Source: Rhodoferax sp.
GTDB lineage: Bacteria > Pseudomonadota > Gammaproteobacteria > Burkholderiales > Burkholderiaceae_C
Assembly: GCF_030685025.1 (NCBI RefSeq)
Contig: NZ_JAUXWC010000105.1
Length of the DNA: 64,000 nucleotides
Strand: one strand, 5' to 3'
This document shows positions 50,039-58,754 of this stretch, piece after piece. A program made the translations under genes and the position numbers. How positions within the stretch are numbered: position 1 is the stretch's first letter; each line of letters begins with the position of its first letter. The notes under the pieces were generated by a model. It was given only the letters and a program-made list of their open reading frames with translations. It had not been told where the DNA came from and did not search any database.

Positions 50039-51925
50039 ATGGACACCCTGTTGAAGAAGATCCAGAGCCCCGCCGATCTGCGCCGGCTGTCGCGGCCCGA
50101 ATTGCAGACCGTGGCCAACGAACTGCGCCAGTTCGTGCTCAACACGGTGAGCCAGACCGGCGGCCACCTCGGCAGCAACCTGGGCACGGTGGAACTGACC
50201 GTGGCGCTGCACTACGTCTTCAACACGCCCTGGGACCGGCTGGTCTGGGACGTCGGCCACCAGACCTATTCGCACAAGGTGCTGACCGGCCGCCGCGACC
50301 AGATGCACACGCTGCGCCAGTGGGGCGGTATCGGCGGCTTTCCGCGCCGCGAGGAGAGCGAATACGACGCCTTCGGCACCGCGCACAGCTCGACCTCGAT
50401 CTCGGCCGCCCTGGGCATGGCGCTGGCCGCCAAGCTCAAGGGCGAGGACCGCAAGGCGGTGGCGATCATCGGCGACGGCGCAATGACCGCCGGCATGGCC
50501 TTCGAGGCGCTGAACAACGCCGGTGTCAGCCACGCCGGCGTCACTGCCGACATCCTGGTCGTGCTCAACGACAACGACATGTCGATCAGCCCGCCGGTGG
50601 GTGCGCTCAACAAGTACCTGGCACGGCTGATGAGCGGCAACTTCTACGAGGCCGCGCGCGAGGGTGTCAAGGGCGTGCTGAAGGCCGCGCCGCCGTTGTT
50701 CGAACTGGCGCGGCGCTTCGAGGAGCATGCCAAGGGCATGGTCGTGCCGGGCACCATCTTCGAGGAATTCGGCTTCAACTATGTCGGCCCGATCGACGGT
50801 CATGACCTGGACTCGCTGATTCCAACGCTGGAGAACCTGCGCAGCAGGCGCGGCCCGCAGTTCCTGCACGTCGTCACCAGGAAGGGCTACGGCTACAAGC
50901 TGGCCGAGGCCGACCCGGTGAAGTACCACGCTGCCAGCGGCAAGTTCGACCCCGCCGAGGGCTTCCCGAAGAGCGTGCCCAGCAAGCCGAGCTTCACCCA
51001 GGTCTTCGGCCAGTGGCTGTGCGACATGGCCGAAGTCGACGAGCGGCTGGTGGGCATCACCCCGGCGATGCGCGAGGGCTCGGGCATGGTCGAGTTCCAC
51101 AAGCGGTTTCCGAAGCGTTACCACGACGTCGGCATTGCCGAGCAGCACGCGGTGACCTTTGCCGCAGGCCTGGCCTGCGAGGGCCTGAAGCCGGTGGTGG
51201 CGATCTACAGCACCTTCCTGCAGCGCGGCTACGACCAGCTGATCCACGACGTGGCGCTGCAGAAGCTGCCGGTGGTGTTTGCGCTCGACCGTGCCGGCCT
51301 CGTCGGCGCCGACGGCCCCACGCACGCCGGCGCCTACGACATCGCCTACCTGCGCTGCATCCCCAACTGCAGCCTGCTCACGCCCAGCGACGAGAACGAA
51401 TGCCGCCAGGCGCTGACCACTGCCTTCCGCCGGGACCACCCGGTGGCCGTGCGCTATCCGCGCGGCGCGGGCGTCGGCGTGGCCGTCGAGACCACGCTCA
51501 CCGCATGGCCCTGGGGCAAGGGCGTCGTGCGGCGGCACGGGCAGCGGCTGGCGGTGCTGGCCTTCGGCACGCTGCTGCACCCGGCGCTGCAGGCGGCCGA
51601 GAAGGTGGGCTGCACGGTGGCCGACATGCGCTTCGCGAAACCGCTGGACGAGGCCCTGGTGCTGGAGCTGGCGCGCACGCACGAAGGGCTGATCACCGTC
51701 GAGGAAGGCTGCGTGATGGGCGGCGCGGGCAGTGCGGTGCTCGAATGCCTGGCGGCCGCGGGGCTGGCGCTGCCGGTGCTGCAACTGGGGCTGCCCGACC
51801 GCTTCGTCGAGCATGGCGACCCGGGCAAGCTGCTGGCGCTGTGCGGGCTGGACGCCGCCGGCATCGAAGCATCGATCATCAAGCGCTTCGGCAGCCGGCC
51901 TTCGCTGGCCGCCGTCAACGCCTGA
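50039..51925 (+). CDS. dxs: 1-deoxy-D-xylulose-5-phosphate synthase
   Basis: ATG at 50039 ([17 protein letters not shown]). TPP motif [18 protein letters not shown]. Confidence 0.95.
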   Translation: MDTLLKKIQSPADLRRLSRPELQTVANELRQFVLNTVSQTGGHLGSNLGTVELTVALHYVFNTPWDRLVWDVGHQTYSHKVLTGRRDQMHTLRQWGGIGGFPRREESEYDAFGTAHSSTSISAALGMALAAKLKGEDRKAVAIIGDGAMTAGMAFEALNNAGVSHAGVTADILVVLNDNDMSISPPVGALNKYLARLMSGNFYEAAREGVKGVLKAAPPLFELARRFEEHAKGMVVPGTIFEEFGFNYVGPIDGHDLDSLIPTLENLRSRRGPQFLHVVTRKGYGYKLAEADPVKYHAASGKFDPAEGFPKSVPSKPSFTQVFGQWLCDMAEVDERLVGITPAMREGSGMVEFHKRFPKRYHDVGIAEQHAVTFAAGLACEGLKPVVAIYSTFLQRGYDQLIHDVALQKLPVVFALDRAGLVGADGPTHAGAYDIAYLRCIPNCSLLTPSDENECRQALTTAFRRDHPVAVRYPRGAGVGVAVETTLTAWPWGKGVVRRHGQRLAVLAFGTLLHPALQAAEKVGCTVADMRFAKPLDEALVLELARTHEGLITVEEGCVMGGAGSAVLECLAAAGLALPVLQLGLPDRFVEHGDPGKLLALCGLDAAGIEASIIKRFGSRPSLAAVNA

Positions 51926-52001
51926 TTCAGGCCATTCGAATGGCGTCGTGTAAACCGCGTGACGGTGTCGGTGTGCAAACGCTGGCATGCTTGGCCACCC
52001 C

Positions 52002-52793
52002 ATGACCAACCTCACCGACGCCCTGCACATCCCCGACACGCAAGGTGCGCGCGACGAGCGCCACCTGGCGATCCAGCGCGTGGGCGTGAAGGACGTGCGT
52101 TACCCGCTGCAGTTGCGCGTCGCCGGTGCGGTGCAGGCAACCACCGCGCTGTGGTCCCTGGACGTGGCGCTACCGGCCGAGAAGAAGGGCACCCACATGT
52201 CGCGCTTCGTCGCCTGGCTCGATGCGCTCGACGAGCCGCTGGACGCCGTGGCGCTGCGGCGGCGCCACGCCGCGATGCTGCACAAGCTGGGGGCCACCGA
52301 TGGCCGCATCGAGGCCGCGTTCAGCTTCTTCCTGCGCAAGCGCGCGCCGGTCTCGGGCGTGCAGAGCCTGCTCGACTACCGGGGGCGCTGGATTGCCGAA
52401 GCGCGGGCCGGCGCCACCACGCTGTGGATGGAGGTCGGCGTGCCCGTGAAGACCCTGTGTCCGTGCTCGAAGGAAATCTCCGACTACGGGGCGCACAACC
52501 AGCGTTCGCTGGTGACGCTGCGTGTCGAAGCGCTCGGGGCCATCGAGTGGCACGAGCTGGTGCGCTTCGCCGAAGACAGCGCATCGAGCGAAATCTGGCC
52601 CATGCTCAAGCGCAGCGACGAGAAATGGGTCACCGAGCGCGCCTACGAGAACCCCAAGTTCGTCGAGGACCTGGTGCGTGACGTGGCGCTGCGGCTGAAT
52701 GCCGACGCGCGTGTCGGGCGCTACCAGGTCGAGGTCGAGAACTTCGAGTCGATACACAACCATTCCGCCTACGCCCGCATCGAGCGGGTGTAG
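52002..52793 (+). CDS. folE2: GTP cyclohydrolase FolE2 (type IB)
   Basis: Has IQRVGVKDVRYPL, KKGTHMSRF and LCPCSKEIS motifs. ATG 52002 is preferred over ATG 51987. Confidence 0.9.
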   Translation: MTNLTDALHIPDTQGARDERHLAIQRVGVKDVRYPLQLRVAGAVQATTALWSLDVALPAEKKGTHMSRFVAWLDALDEPLDAVALRRRHAAMLHKLGATDGRIEAAFSFFLRKRAPVSGVQSLLDYRGRWIAEARAGATTLWMEVGVPVKTLCPCSKEISDYGAHNQRSLVTLRVEALGAIEWHELVRFAEDSASSEIWPMLKRSDEKWVTERAYENPKFVEDLVRDVALRLNADARVGRYQVEVENFESIHNHSAYARIERV

Positions 52794-52811
52794 CGCCCGG
52801 GCGGAGGGCGA

Positions 52812-53269
52812 TCAGCGGTCGCCGCCGCCGGTGGCGGGGCTGCCACCGCCACCGCTGACTACGGCTACGTCCGCGACTTGGCCGCGGTGCCAGACCTCCA
52901 CGACGTCACCGTCGGCACGGCGGAGGTCGATCTCCTCGATGGCGGTGCCGTCATCGCCAAACCAGCCGGTGGCGACGACGAGGTCGGCCAGGGCTGGTGC
53001 GCCGGGCCGTACGACCTGGTCATCCGCCCAGCCGTTGCAGCAGCGCGTTGGCGAGACCCTGGGCGTCGTTGCGTTGCCAGCCGATGCGCGCGCTGCGCCG
53101 AAACGCCGATGCTGCATCGTCCCCGCGCCGCATGCAGATGAATACGCGCCTGATGCCAGGCGATCTGCATCCGGCCGACCCAATTACCGTCCTGCCGCGC
53201 CGCCCGCTCGCAGTTGTCGTCGAAGACGGTGATGGCCTCGGTATCGCGGCCCAGCCAGGCCCAGGCCAC
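52812..53269 (-). pseudogene. uncharacterised small gene interrupted by two +1 frameshifts (or sequencing errors)
   Basis: Protein-like composition and G/C-ending codons jump between frames. Frame 1 runs from GTG 53269 (VAWAWLGRDTEAITVFDDNCERAARQDGNWVGRMQIAWHQARIHLHAAR). Frame 2 reads DDAASAFRRSARIGWQRNDAQGLANALLQRLG. Frame 3 reads DDQVVRPGAPALADLVVATGWFGDDGTAIEEIDLRRADGDVVEVWHRG... up to the stop at 52812. Confidence 0.35.
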
Positions 53270-53310
53270 CGCCGACGCAGCGGTGCGACCGTGGCGAGAC
53301 GGTGACAGTG

Positions 53311-53787
53311 TCAGCGGCTGGCGGGTCGTTCAGCGCCCGCGCTGGTCGCGTTGATCGTGATGCCGCGCTTGCGCAATTCGTCGACCAGGAGCTTGGCATT
53401 CGGGTTGCCGGCATCGGCCATGCGCTGGGTGTCGGCGGCCAGTGCGTCGAGCGACGCGCGCAGCTTGCCGGCGTTATCGACGGTCTGCTGCAGCGACGCA
53501 TGCGCGGCCAGCAGGGCCGCGCGCTCGCCGATCAGCTGTTGTGTCTGAAAGCCGAGCCAGCCCAGCACGGCCACTGCACCCAACAGTACCGGGACGAACG
53601 GGCTGCGTACCGACGCCGCTGTTGCCGCCGGCGACGAGCGCGAATTAGATCGCGAACCGCGGCTGCGCTCGGGCAGCGCCGGCGGCGCCAGGGTGTCGGC
53701 GCCATCGGTCGCACCGACATCGTGACCGACGTCGTGTGCGGCGCTGTCCTGGGCGGGGGTGGCAGGTAAATTGACGACGTTTCTCAT
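53311..53787 (-). CDS. uncharacterised single-pass membrane protein X2 (158 aa)
   Basis: ATG at 53787 after AAGGA. About 60-aa Ser/Arg/Ala-rich N-tail, TM segment FVPVLLGAVAVLGWLGF, then a helical C-domain ending KLLVDELRKRGITINATS. It is a paralogue of X1. Confidence 0.6.
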   Translation of the reverse strand: MRNVVNLPATPAQDSAAHDVGHDVGATDGADTLAPPALPERSRGSRSNSRSSPAATAASVRSPFVPVLLGAVAVLGWLGFQTQQLIGERAALLAAHASLQQTVDNAGKLRASLDALAADTQRMADAGNPNAKLLVDELRKRGITINATSAGAERPASR

Positions 53788-53803
53788 GGCCGATCCTTTG
53801 CAG

Positions 53804-54109
53804 TCACTTGCGCTGCGGCGTTGCCGGGGCGGCCGGCGCCGCGGGGGCGTTGACGCTGTATGTGATGCCATGTCGCTGCAGAAGAGCCTTGACGTCACCG
53901 TCGTTGTTGCGCGCGCCCAACTCGGCCAGCGCCCGGATGATCTCGCGGTACAGGCCTTCGAGCTGCACCGACTGCTGCACATACTGCTGGCGTTGGGTGA
54001 CGTCGGCGCGTGCCGATCCGTTGCTGTGGCCCAGCGCGACATTGGCGGCCATCGCCGCCAGGCAGGCCGTGGCAAGCACGGTCGCGATCCAGTATTGGAG
54101 ACTGGTCAT
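53804..54109 (-). CDS. uncharacterised single-pass membrane protein X1 (101 aa)
   Basis: ATG at 54109 after GGAGAA, 22 nt after the stop of the giant gene. N-terminal TM segment YWIATVLATACLAAMAANVAL, helical domain ending VKALLQRHGITYSVNA, then a Pro/Ala tail. Confidence 0.6.
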   Translation of the reverse strand: MTSLQYWIATVLATACLAAMAANVALGHSNGSARADVTQRQQYVQQSVQLEGLYREIIRALAELGARNNDGDVKALLQRHGITYSVNAPAAPAAPATPQRK

Positions 54110-54131
54110 GGTTGGTTCTCCGGTCGTCGAA

Positions 54132-57100
54132 TCAATGCACCTTGGCGCGCCGGCGCCGGGCCACGAACGCGGCCGCTGCGGCCAGCACCAGCAGGTGAAT
54201 CGTGCCTGGTTCCGGCACCGTGCCGCCGCTCTGGTCGATCACGTTGGCGCTGATCACCAGGCGCCGGCTCAGCGCGCGGCCACTGGGGTCGGCGGCGTTG
54301 GTGCTGACGTACTTGAAGTCGATCACGCCCTCGAAAAGGCCTACGGTCGAGGCCAGGAAGCCGATGTCGAGGTTGCCGGTGGCCTGCCCCGCCGCGAGCC
54401 CGGTCACCTCGCCCCAGCCGGTGCAGCTGAAGTCGTCGGCGTTGGTCAGCAGGTCGAACAGGCCGCTCAGGTCGTCGGCGGGCCCGGCGACATCGTTGTC
54501 CAGCCGCAGCGACGTCAAGATGCTGTTGCCGAGCACGATGTTGCCGAGGTTGAGGAGGTAGTTGCTGCCCGATTGCGTGAGCAGGCCCAGCCCGGCGAGG
54601 ATGTCGAAGTCGGCGTTGGCCAGGTTGTTGATCTGGGCCTTGACCTGCACGCTGCCGTTGGCGCCGGCCGAGATGTCGGCCAGGTCCGGGTTCTGGCTCA
54701 GGAAAGCCACCGAGCCGGCCTGGTTGTAGACGCCGGCGCTGGCCGTGTTGAGACCGACGGCGATGGCGGCGCCGGCCTGCGCTCCGATGCCGCCGGCGCT
54801 GCCGCCGCCGGTGAACGGGCCGCTGACGCCGCTCAGGTTGGCGCGCAGCGTGTCGTTCAGCGCCGTCACGGCCGCGGTGTTGTTGACCACGATGTTCCGT
54901 GCGCTGACGGTGTCGCCGACGCGAACGACGCCGAAGTCCAGCGTCGTCGTCGCCAGCTGGCCGATGGCCTGGGTGTAGACCTTGCCGCTGACGCTGACCT
55001 GCTGGCTGGCCAGCGTGAGCTGGCAGTTCGGCGCGCAGTTGCCGACGTTGTCGGCATCGGAGACGAAGGCGAGGGTGGCACTGCCGGCGTTGCCGCCGGT
55101 GAAGTTGCCCGCGCCTGCGGTGGCCAGGCCGACCTGCAGCGCACTGCTGTTGGTGCCGCCGGGCGCCAGCAGGTTGAAACTGCCGCCGGCGGTGACGGGC
55201 GCACCGTTGCTGCTGATGCTGGCATTGAGCGCGGCCTGCGGCGCCGCGGTGGCGACGTTGGTGACGCTCACAATGGCCGTTGGCGACGCGTCGCCCACAC
55301 GCGCGGCGCCGAGGTGGATCGACGGGTTGTTGATCAGCGGGCTGGCCTGGTTGATGACGTTGGCCTGCGCCTGGATGGTGCCGGCCACGCCGTAGGCCTC
55401 GCTGCCGGCCGATGCGGTGCCCAGGTCGTTGCTGACGCCGTTCACAGCGCCCGCGGTGAAGTAGTTGACCGCGATGCTGCCGTTGACGACATTGGCGGCC
55501 GTGGTGTTGACACTGACCGTCATCGACCCATTGCCGGCGTTGCTGTTGGTGCCGGCAAGGATGCCGTTCAAGGCGCCAATACCGCTGATAAGGCCGGCGC
55601 CGACGCCGGTTGTCGTGCCGAAGCTGGCGTTCAGGTCCTCGACGAAGCCGGCCACGCCGGCGGCGGTGTTGGCGATGACCATGTTCTGCGTCACCACCTG
55701 CCCGACCTGCACGGTGCCGAAGTTCAGCGCCGTGGACAGGATCGCGCCGGTGGCGGCCTGGTAGACGTTGCCGTTGACGCTGATGGTGTGGCTGCCGGCG
55801 CCGCTGACACCCAGGCCGTTGCTGACACCGTTGACCGTGCCCGTGCTCTGGTAGTTCAAGGTCACGCTGCCGGTCTTGGCCCCGCCGCTGGCCGTGTTCA
55901 CGCCGACCTTCATCGCTGCCGCGTTGCTGGCGCCGGCCAGCAGGGCGTTGACAGCGCCGCCGTTGTTGGTTGCCGCGCCGGTGTTGGCGCCGAAGCCAGC
56001 GTTCAAGTCCTCGCTGAAGGCGCCTGCCGCCGCGGTGTTGGCCACCGTCAGCGACGCCAGGTTGCTGCCGCCGACGCGCTGGTTGGGCACCTGAATCGGC
56101 GACGACGAATGACCTGCGGCGATGTTAAACGCCGCACCCTGAATGTGTAGGGTCTGATTCTGTATGTTGTCGAAATTGCTCTTAATGTGCACGGCTTGAC
56201 CAGTCAATGCACCCGCGCTCGCGGCGTTGAATGTGACGACCTGATCGACGCTATTGCTGCCGGTTGCGATTGGATTGAAGTTGCCTGCTGTCACGCCCAA
56301 GCCTGACAAGCGGGAATCGGTGATGCTGCCGCCGTTGGCGGCGGTTTGAATCGCGCCGCGCAGTACGGGGCCGGTGGTGCCGGTGTTGGCGATCTGATAA
56401 TTCTGACTAACGTTGTCACCCACGCGAACATTGCCGAAGCTCAGCACGGGGCTAGCCGTGGTACCGCCGGTTACCGCACCGGTGATGGCTTGGCTAACAT
56501 CGCCCGCCGCTAGGATTAATCCGCCACCAGTGACATTGGCACGGCGATTGAAGCTGTTGCCGGTGCCAAAGTTAGCGTTGTCGTAATCGGCCGAAACGGT
56601 GATGTTGTACATACCCAGGTTAAGCGCGTTGGCGCTCGACCCATTATTGAGCAGGATGCCCGCCGCGCTGTTCGCGCCCAGAGTCAACACCCCGGTGCCG
56701 CTGGTGCTAGCCGTACCGGTACCGGTAAAGCCTGTGTTCGCATTGACATTGCCGCCGTTGGCGCGAATCGTGCCGCCGTTGGCAATCGCTATATTCAAGG
56801 CCAGCGTGCCGCCGCCCGTACCTTCCAGAACCCCGCTATTCGTGAGACCGCTGCCGACGACCGTGCCGCTGCCGCCGAGGGTGCCGCCGAGGGTGCCGCC
56901 GGCAGCCACCGTGACGGTCGGGCTGGTCAACTGGCCGTTGACGCGCAAGACGCCGCTGGTGACCGCGGTGCTGGTATTGAACGTACCGGTGCCGGTCAGC
57001 GTCCAGTCCGCGCCCTGCATAGAGAGCGTTTCGAAGGCGAGAAACTTCGCGATCGATTCCGTGCCGGTGCCCTGCAACACCAGATTGTCGGTGCCGGTGC

Positions 57101-58088
57101 CGCCCTGCACATTGCCGGTCAGCGCCGAGCCGGTCAGCAGATTGAGCGTGTGGGCCGAGGCGCCGGAGAATGCGATCGAGCGCCCGGTGCCGGTCGAGCC
57201 GATGGTGCCGCTGTTGTTGACCGCTGCAGGATTTGCGCCCGCCACGAACATGCCGTCGTTGCCGGACTGAATTGTGCCTGTATTCGTGAAGATGCCGCCG
57301 CCTCGAGCCTCGACAGCGGGGCCGCGCACCGACGTGATCGAGCCGTTGTTCGTGAAGGTTAGAAGAGCGGATGCGCTGGCATAAATGCCGTTATAGCCGC
57401 CGGTGATGATGCCGGTGCTGTTGTTGGTCAGCGTCGCGGCGCCGCCCTGGACCAGCACGCCGGTCGAGTAGCCGGTCGTCTTGTCGGCGTGGATTTCACC
57501 GCTGTTGACGACGGTTCGGGAAGCCCCTTGGCCGACCGAAACGGCGTTATTGCCGCCGGTCGTCGAGATCGTTCCCCCTAGATAATTGGTGACCGTGCCG
57601 CCGTTCTTGAGTGTCACGCCCTCGACGTTTGCGGTGATCGTTCCAAAATTGTCGACGCTGCCGGCGCCGCCGGCATTGAAAGTGCTGAGCACGATGCCGC
57701 TTAAGCCCGCATTGATCTGCGCACCGGCGGAATTGGTCACCGCGCCGCCCTGCGTGAATGAAATCGAATTGCCCCCTGTGACGATCCCCTGGTTGGTAAG
57801 GGTCCAGACCTGAGTCGTGGCGCTGATGCCGGTGCCGTTGAAGATGACCGTGTTGTCGACGGTCACGCCGGGGAATACGCGCGCCGTCGATCCAATAAAT
57901 GTGTCGAGATTGACGCCGGTGTTCGTGCTCGTGGTGATGTCGACATCTTCGGCGTGCGCTGTTCCGTGCAGGCCGACGACCCCTGCCGCGATGAAGGACA
58001 CAGAGGCCAACAACGATTTGCGCAACGTGCGTCGCGAACCGCGTGGCCGCGAGCAAATCACGACACCGCCATTCAGTAGCTTTTGCAT
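54132..58088 (-). CDS. giant secreted beta-helix / Ig-like-repeat protein with C-terminal PEP-CTERM sorting domain (1318 aa)
   Basis: AGGAGAG RBS, ATG at 58088, signal peptide ending HGTAHA. The N-terminal Gly/Thr/Asn-rich repeats are typical of autotransporter-like beta-helices. Six modules of the type L.FG.V.VG.......V.NT follow. The C-terminus is VPEPGTIHLLVLAAAAAFVARRRR (PEP motif, TM segment, Arg cluster). Confidence 0.85.
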   Translation of the reverse strand: MQKLLNGGVVICSRPRGSRRTLRKSLLASVSFIAAGVVGLHGTAHAEDVDITTSTNTGVNLDTFIGSTARVFPGVTVDNTVIFNGTGISATTQVWTLTNQGIVTGGNSISFTQGGAVTNSAGAQINAGLSGIVLSTFNAGGAGSVDNFGTITANVEGVTLKNGGTVTNYLGGTISTTGGNNAVSVGQGASRTVVNSGEIHADKTTGYSTGVLVQGGAATLTNNSTGIITGGYNGIYASASALLTFTNNGSITSVRGPAVEARGGGIFTNTGTIQSGNDGMFVAGANPAAVNNSGTIGSTGTGRSIAFSGASAHTLNLLTGSALTGNVQGGTGTDNLVLQGTGTESIAKFLAFETLSMQGADWTLTGTGTFNTSTAVTSGVLRVNGQLTSPTVTVAAGGTLGGTLGGSGTVVGSGLTNSGVLEGTGGGTLALNIAIANGGTIRANGGNVNANTGFTGTGTASTSGTGVLTLGANSAAGILLNNGSSANALNLGMYNITVSADYDNANFGTGNSFNRRANVTGGGLILAAGDVSQAITGAVTGGTTASPVLSFGNVRVGDNVSQNYQIANTGTTGPVLRGAIQTAANGGSITDSRLSGLGVTAGNFNPIATGSNSVDQVVTFNAASAGALTGQAVHIKSNFDNIQNQTLHIQGAAFNIAAGHSSSPIQVPNQRVGGSNLASLTVANTAAAGAFSEDLNAGFGANTGAATNNGGAVNALLAGASNAAAMKVGVNTASGGAKTGSVTLNYQSTGTVNGVSNGLGVSGAGSHTISVNGNVYQAATGAILSTALNFGTVQVGQVVTQNMVIANTAAGVAGFVEDLNASFGTTTGVGAGLISGIGALNGILAGTNSNAGNGSMTVSVNTTAANVVNGSIAVNYFTAGAVNGVSNDLGTASAGSEAYGVAGTIQAQANVINQASPLINNPSIHLGAARVGDASPTAIVSVTNVATAAPQAALNASISSNGAPVTAGGSFNLLAPGGTNSSALQVGLATAGAGNFTGGNAGSATLAFVSDADNVGNCAPNCQLTLASQQVSVSGKVYTQAIGQLATTTLDFGVVRVGDTVSARNIVVNNTAAVTALNDTLRANLSGVSGPFTGGGSAGGIGAQAGAAIAVGLNTASAGVYNQAGSVAFLSQNPDLADISAGANGSVQVKAQINNLANADFDILAGLGLLTQSGSNYLLNLGNIVLGNSILTSLRLDNDVAGPADDLSGLFDLLTNADDFSCTGWGEVTGLAAGQATGNLDIGFLASTVGLFEGVIDFKYVSTNAADPSGRALSRRLVISANVIDQSGGTVPEPGTIHLLVLAAAAAFVARRRRAKVH

Positions 58089-58105
58089 GGTGTCTCTCCT
58101 GTCGC

Positions 58106-58384
58106 TTACGCGCGGGGGGCTGGCTGATTAACGCCGAAAGTGCTCACCGCCGTCGGGCCCTGAGTCGAAGTGACGGTCGAGGTTTGCCCGCCACCGATGG
58201 TCGCGGTATCGGCAGCGTCGGGCACGAAGCCGCACGACCCATTGGCCGCCACGTTGCAGTGGCCGCTGGCCGGGTTCCATGTGCAGGCGGCCGCCAGCGC
58301 GTACTGGGTGGGCGCGGCGCCGACGACGAGCAGGGCGGCCAGGGCCAGCGCGGTCTCGCTGATGGGCTCGCGGTTCGTTGCCAT
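58106..58384 (-). CDS. small secreted Cys-containing protein (92 aa), hypothetical
   Basis: GGGAG RBS and ATG at 58384. Signal peptide MATNREPISETALALAALLVVGAAPTQYALA. The mature part is ACTWNPASGHCNVAANGSCGFVPDAADTATIGGG.... The stop lies 17 nt before the giant gene. Confidence 0.55.
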   Translation of the reverse strand: MATNREPISETALALAALLVVGAAPTQYALAAACTWNPASGHCNVAANGSCGFVPDAADTATIGGGQTSTVTSTQGPTAVSTFGVNQPAPRA

Positions 58385-58447
58385 GGTCTGGCTCCCGGTA
58401 GGCGCTGGGCGTGGGCGATGAAGAAGTGATATCCGGGCGACTGCGAC

Positions 58448-58462
58448 GCAGCGAGTGCGCCA
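58448..58462 (-). promoter_or_regulatory. candidate sigma-54 (-24/-12) promoter
   Basis: The minus strand reads TGGCGCACTCGCTGC. GG and GC have the exact TGGCAC-N5-TTGC spacing. It lies about 60 nt upstream of the small secreted-protein ATG. A chance match is possible in GC-rich DNA. Confidence 0.25.
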
Positions 58463-58726
58463 CAGCCACCACGAACCCAGCATCGGCAGCTACCGTTAGT
58501 CAAACGCTAAATTCCGCGGCCATCAGGCCACGTTCTGGCCCTCTATTCGCGGGGTAGGGCGGGTTTCCCCGGGTGACTGGGGAGGCGGCGGCTGTGCCGA
58601 CCGATCATTGGCAAGTGCCGACGGGAGCGAGCGCTCCGAACCCTCACTTGGGGGCCTGCAGCTGCTGCACCGTTCGATCGAGCGCCAACCGCCGGCATAG
58701 GCAGCCGAACCTGACCCGATGCCAGG

Positions 58727-58754
58727 CTGGCGGCCAAGTTTGCCTGGCCGCCAG
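58727..58754 (-). terminator. stable hairpin after the lipoprotein gene (possible terminator, no U-tract)
   Basis: CTGGCGGCCA / TGGCCGCCAG 10-bp stem with an 8-nt loop, about 50 nt downstream of the stop at 58804. Confidence 0.3.

Noticed and set aside
51931-51944. Perfect 14-bp palindrome GCCATTCGAATGGC, 6 nt after the dxs stop and upstream of folE2. I considered it as a Zur box or terminator.
   Set aside because: It does not resemble the AT-rich Zur boxes I know, and it lacks a U-tract. The stem is only 5 bp with a 4-nt loop. It is not enough evidence for a call, but could be checked by footprinting of the folE2 upstream region.
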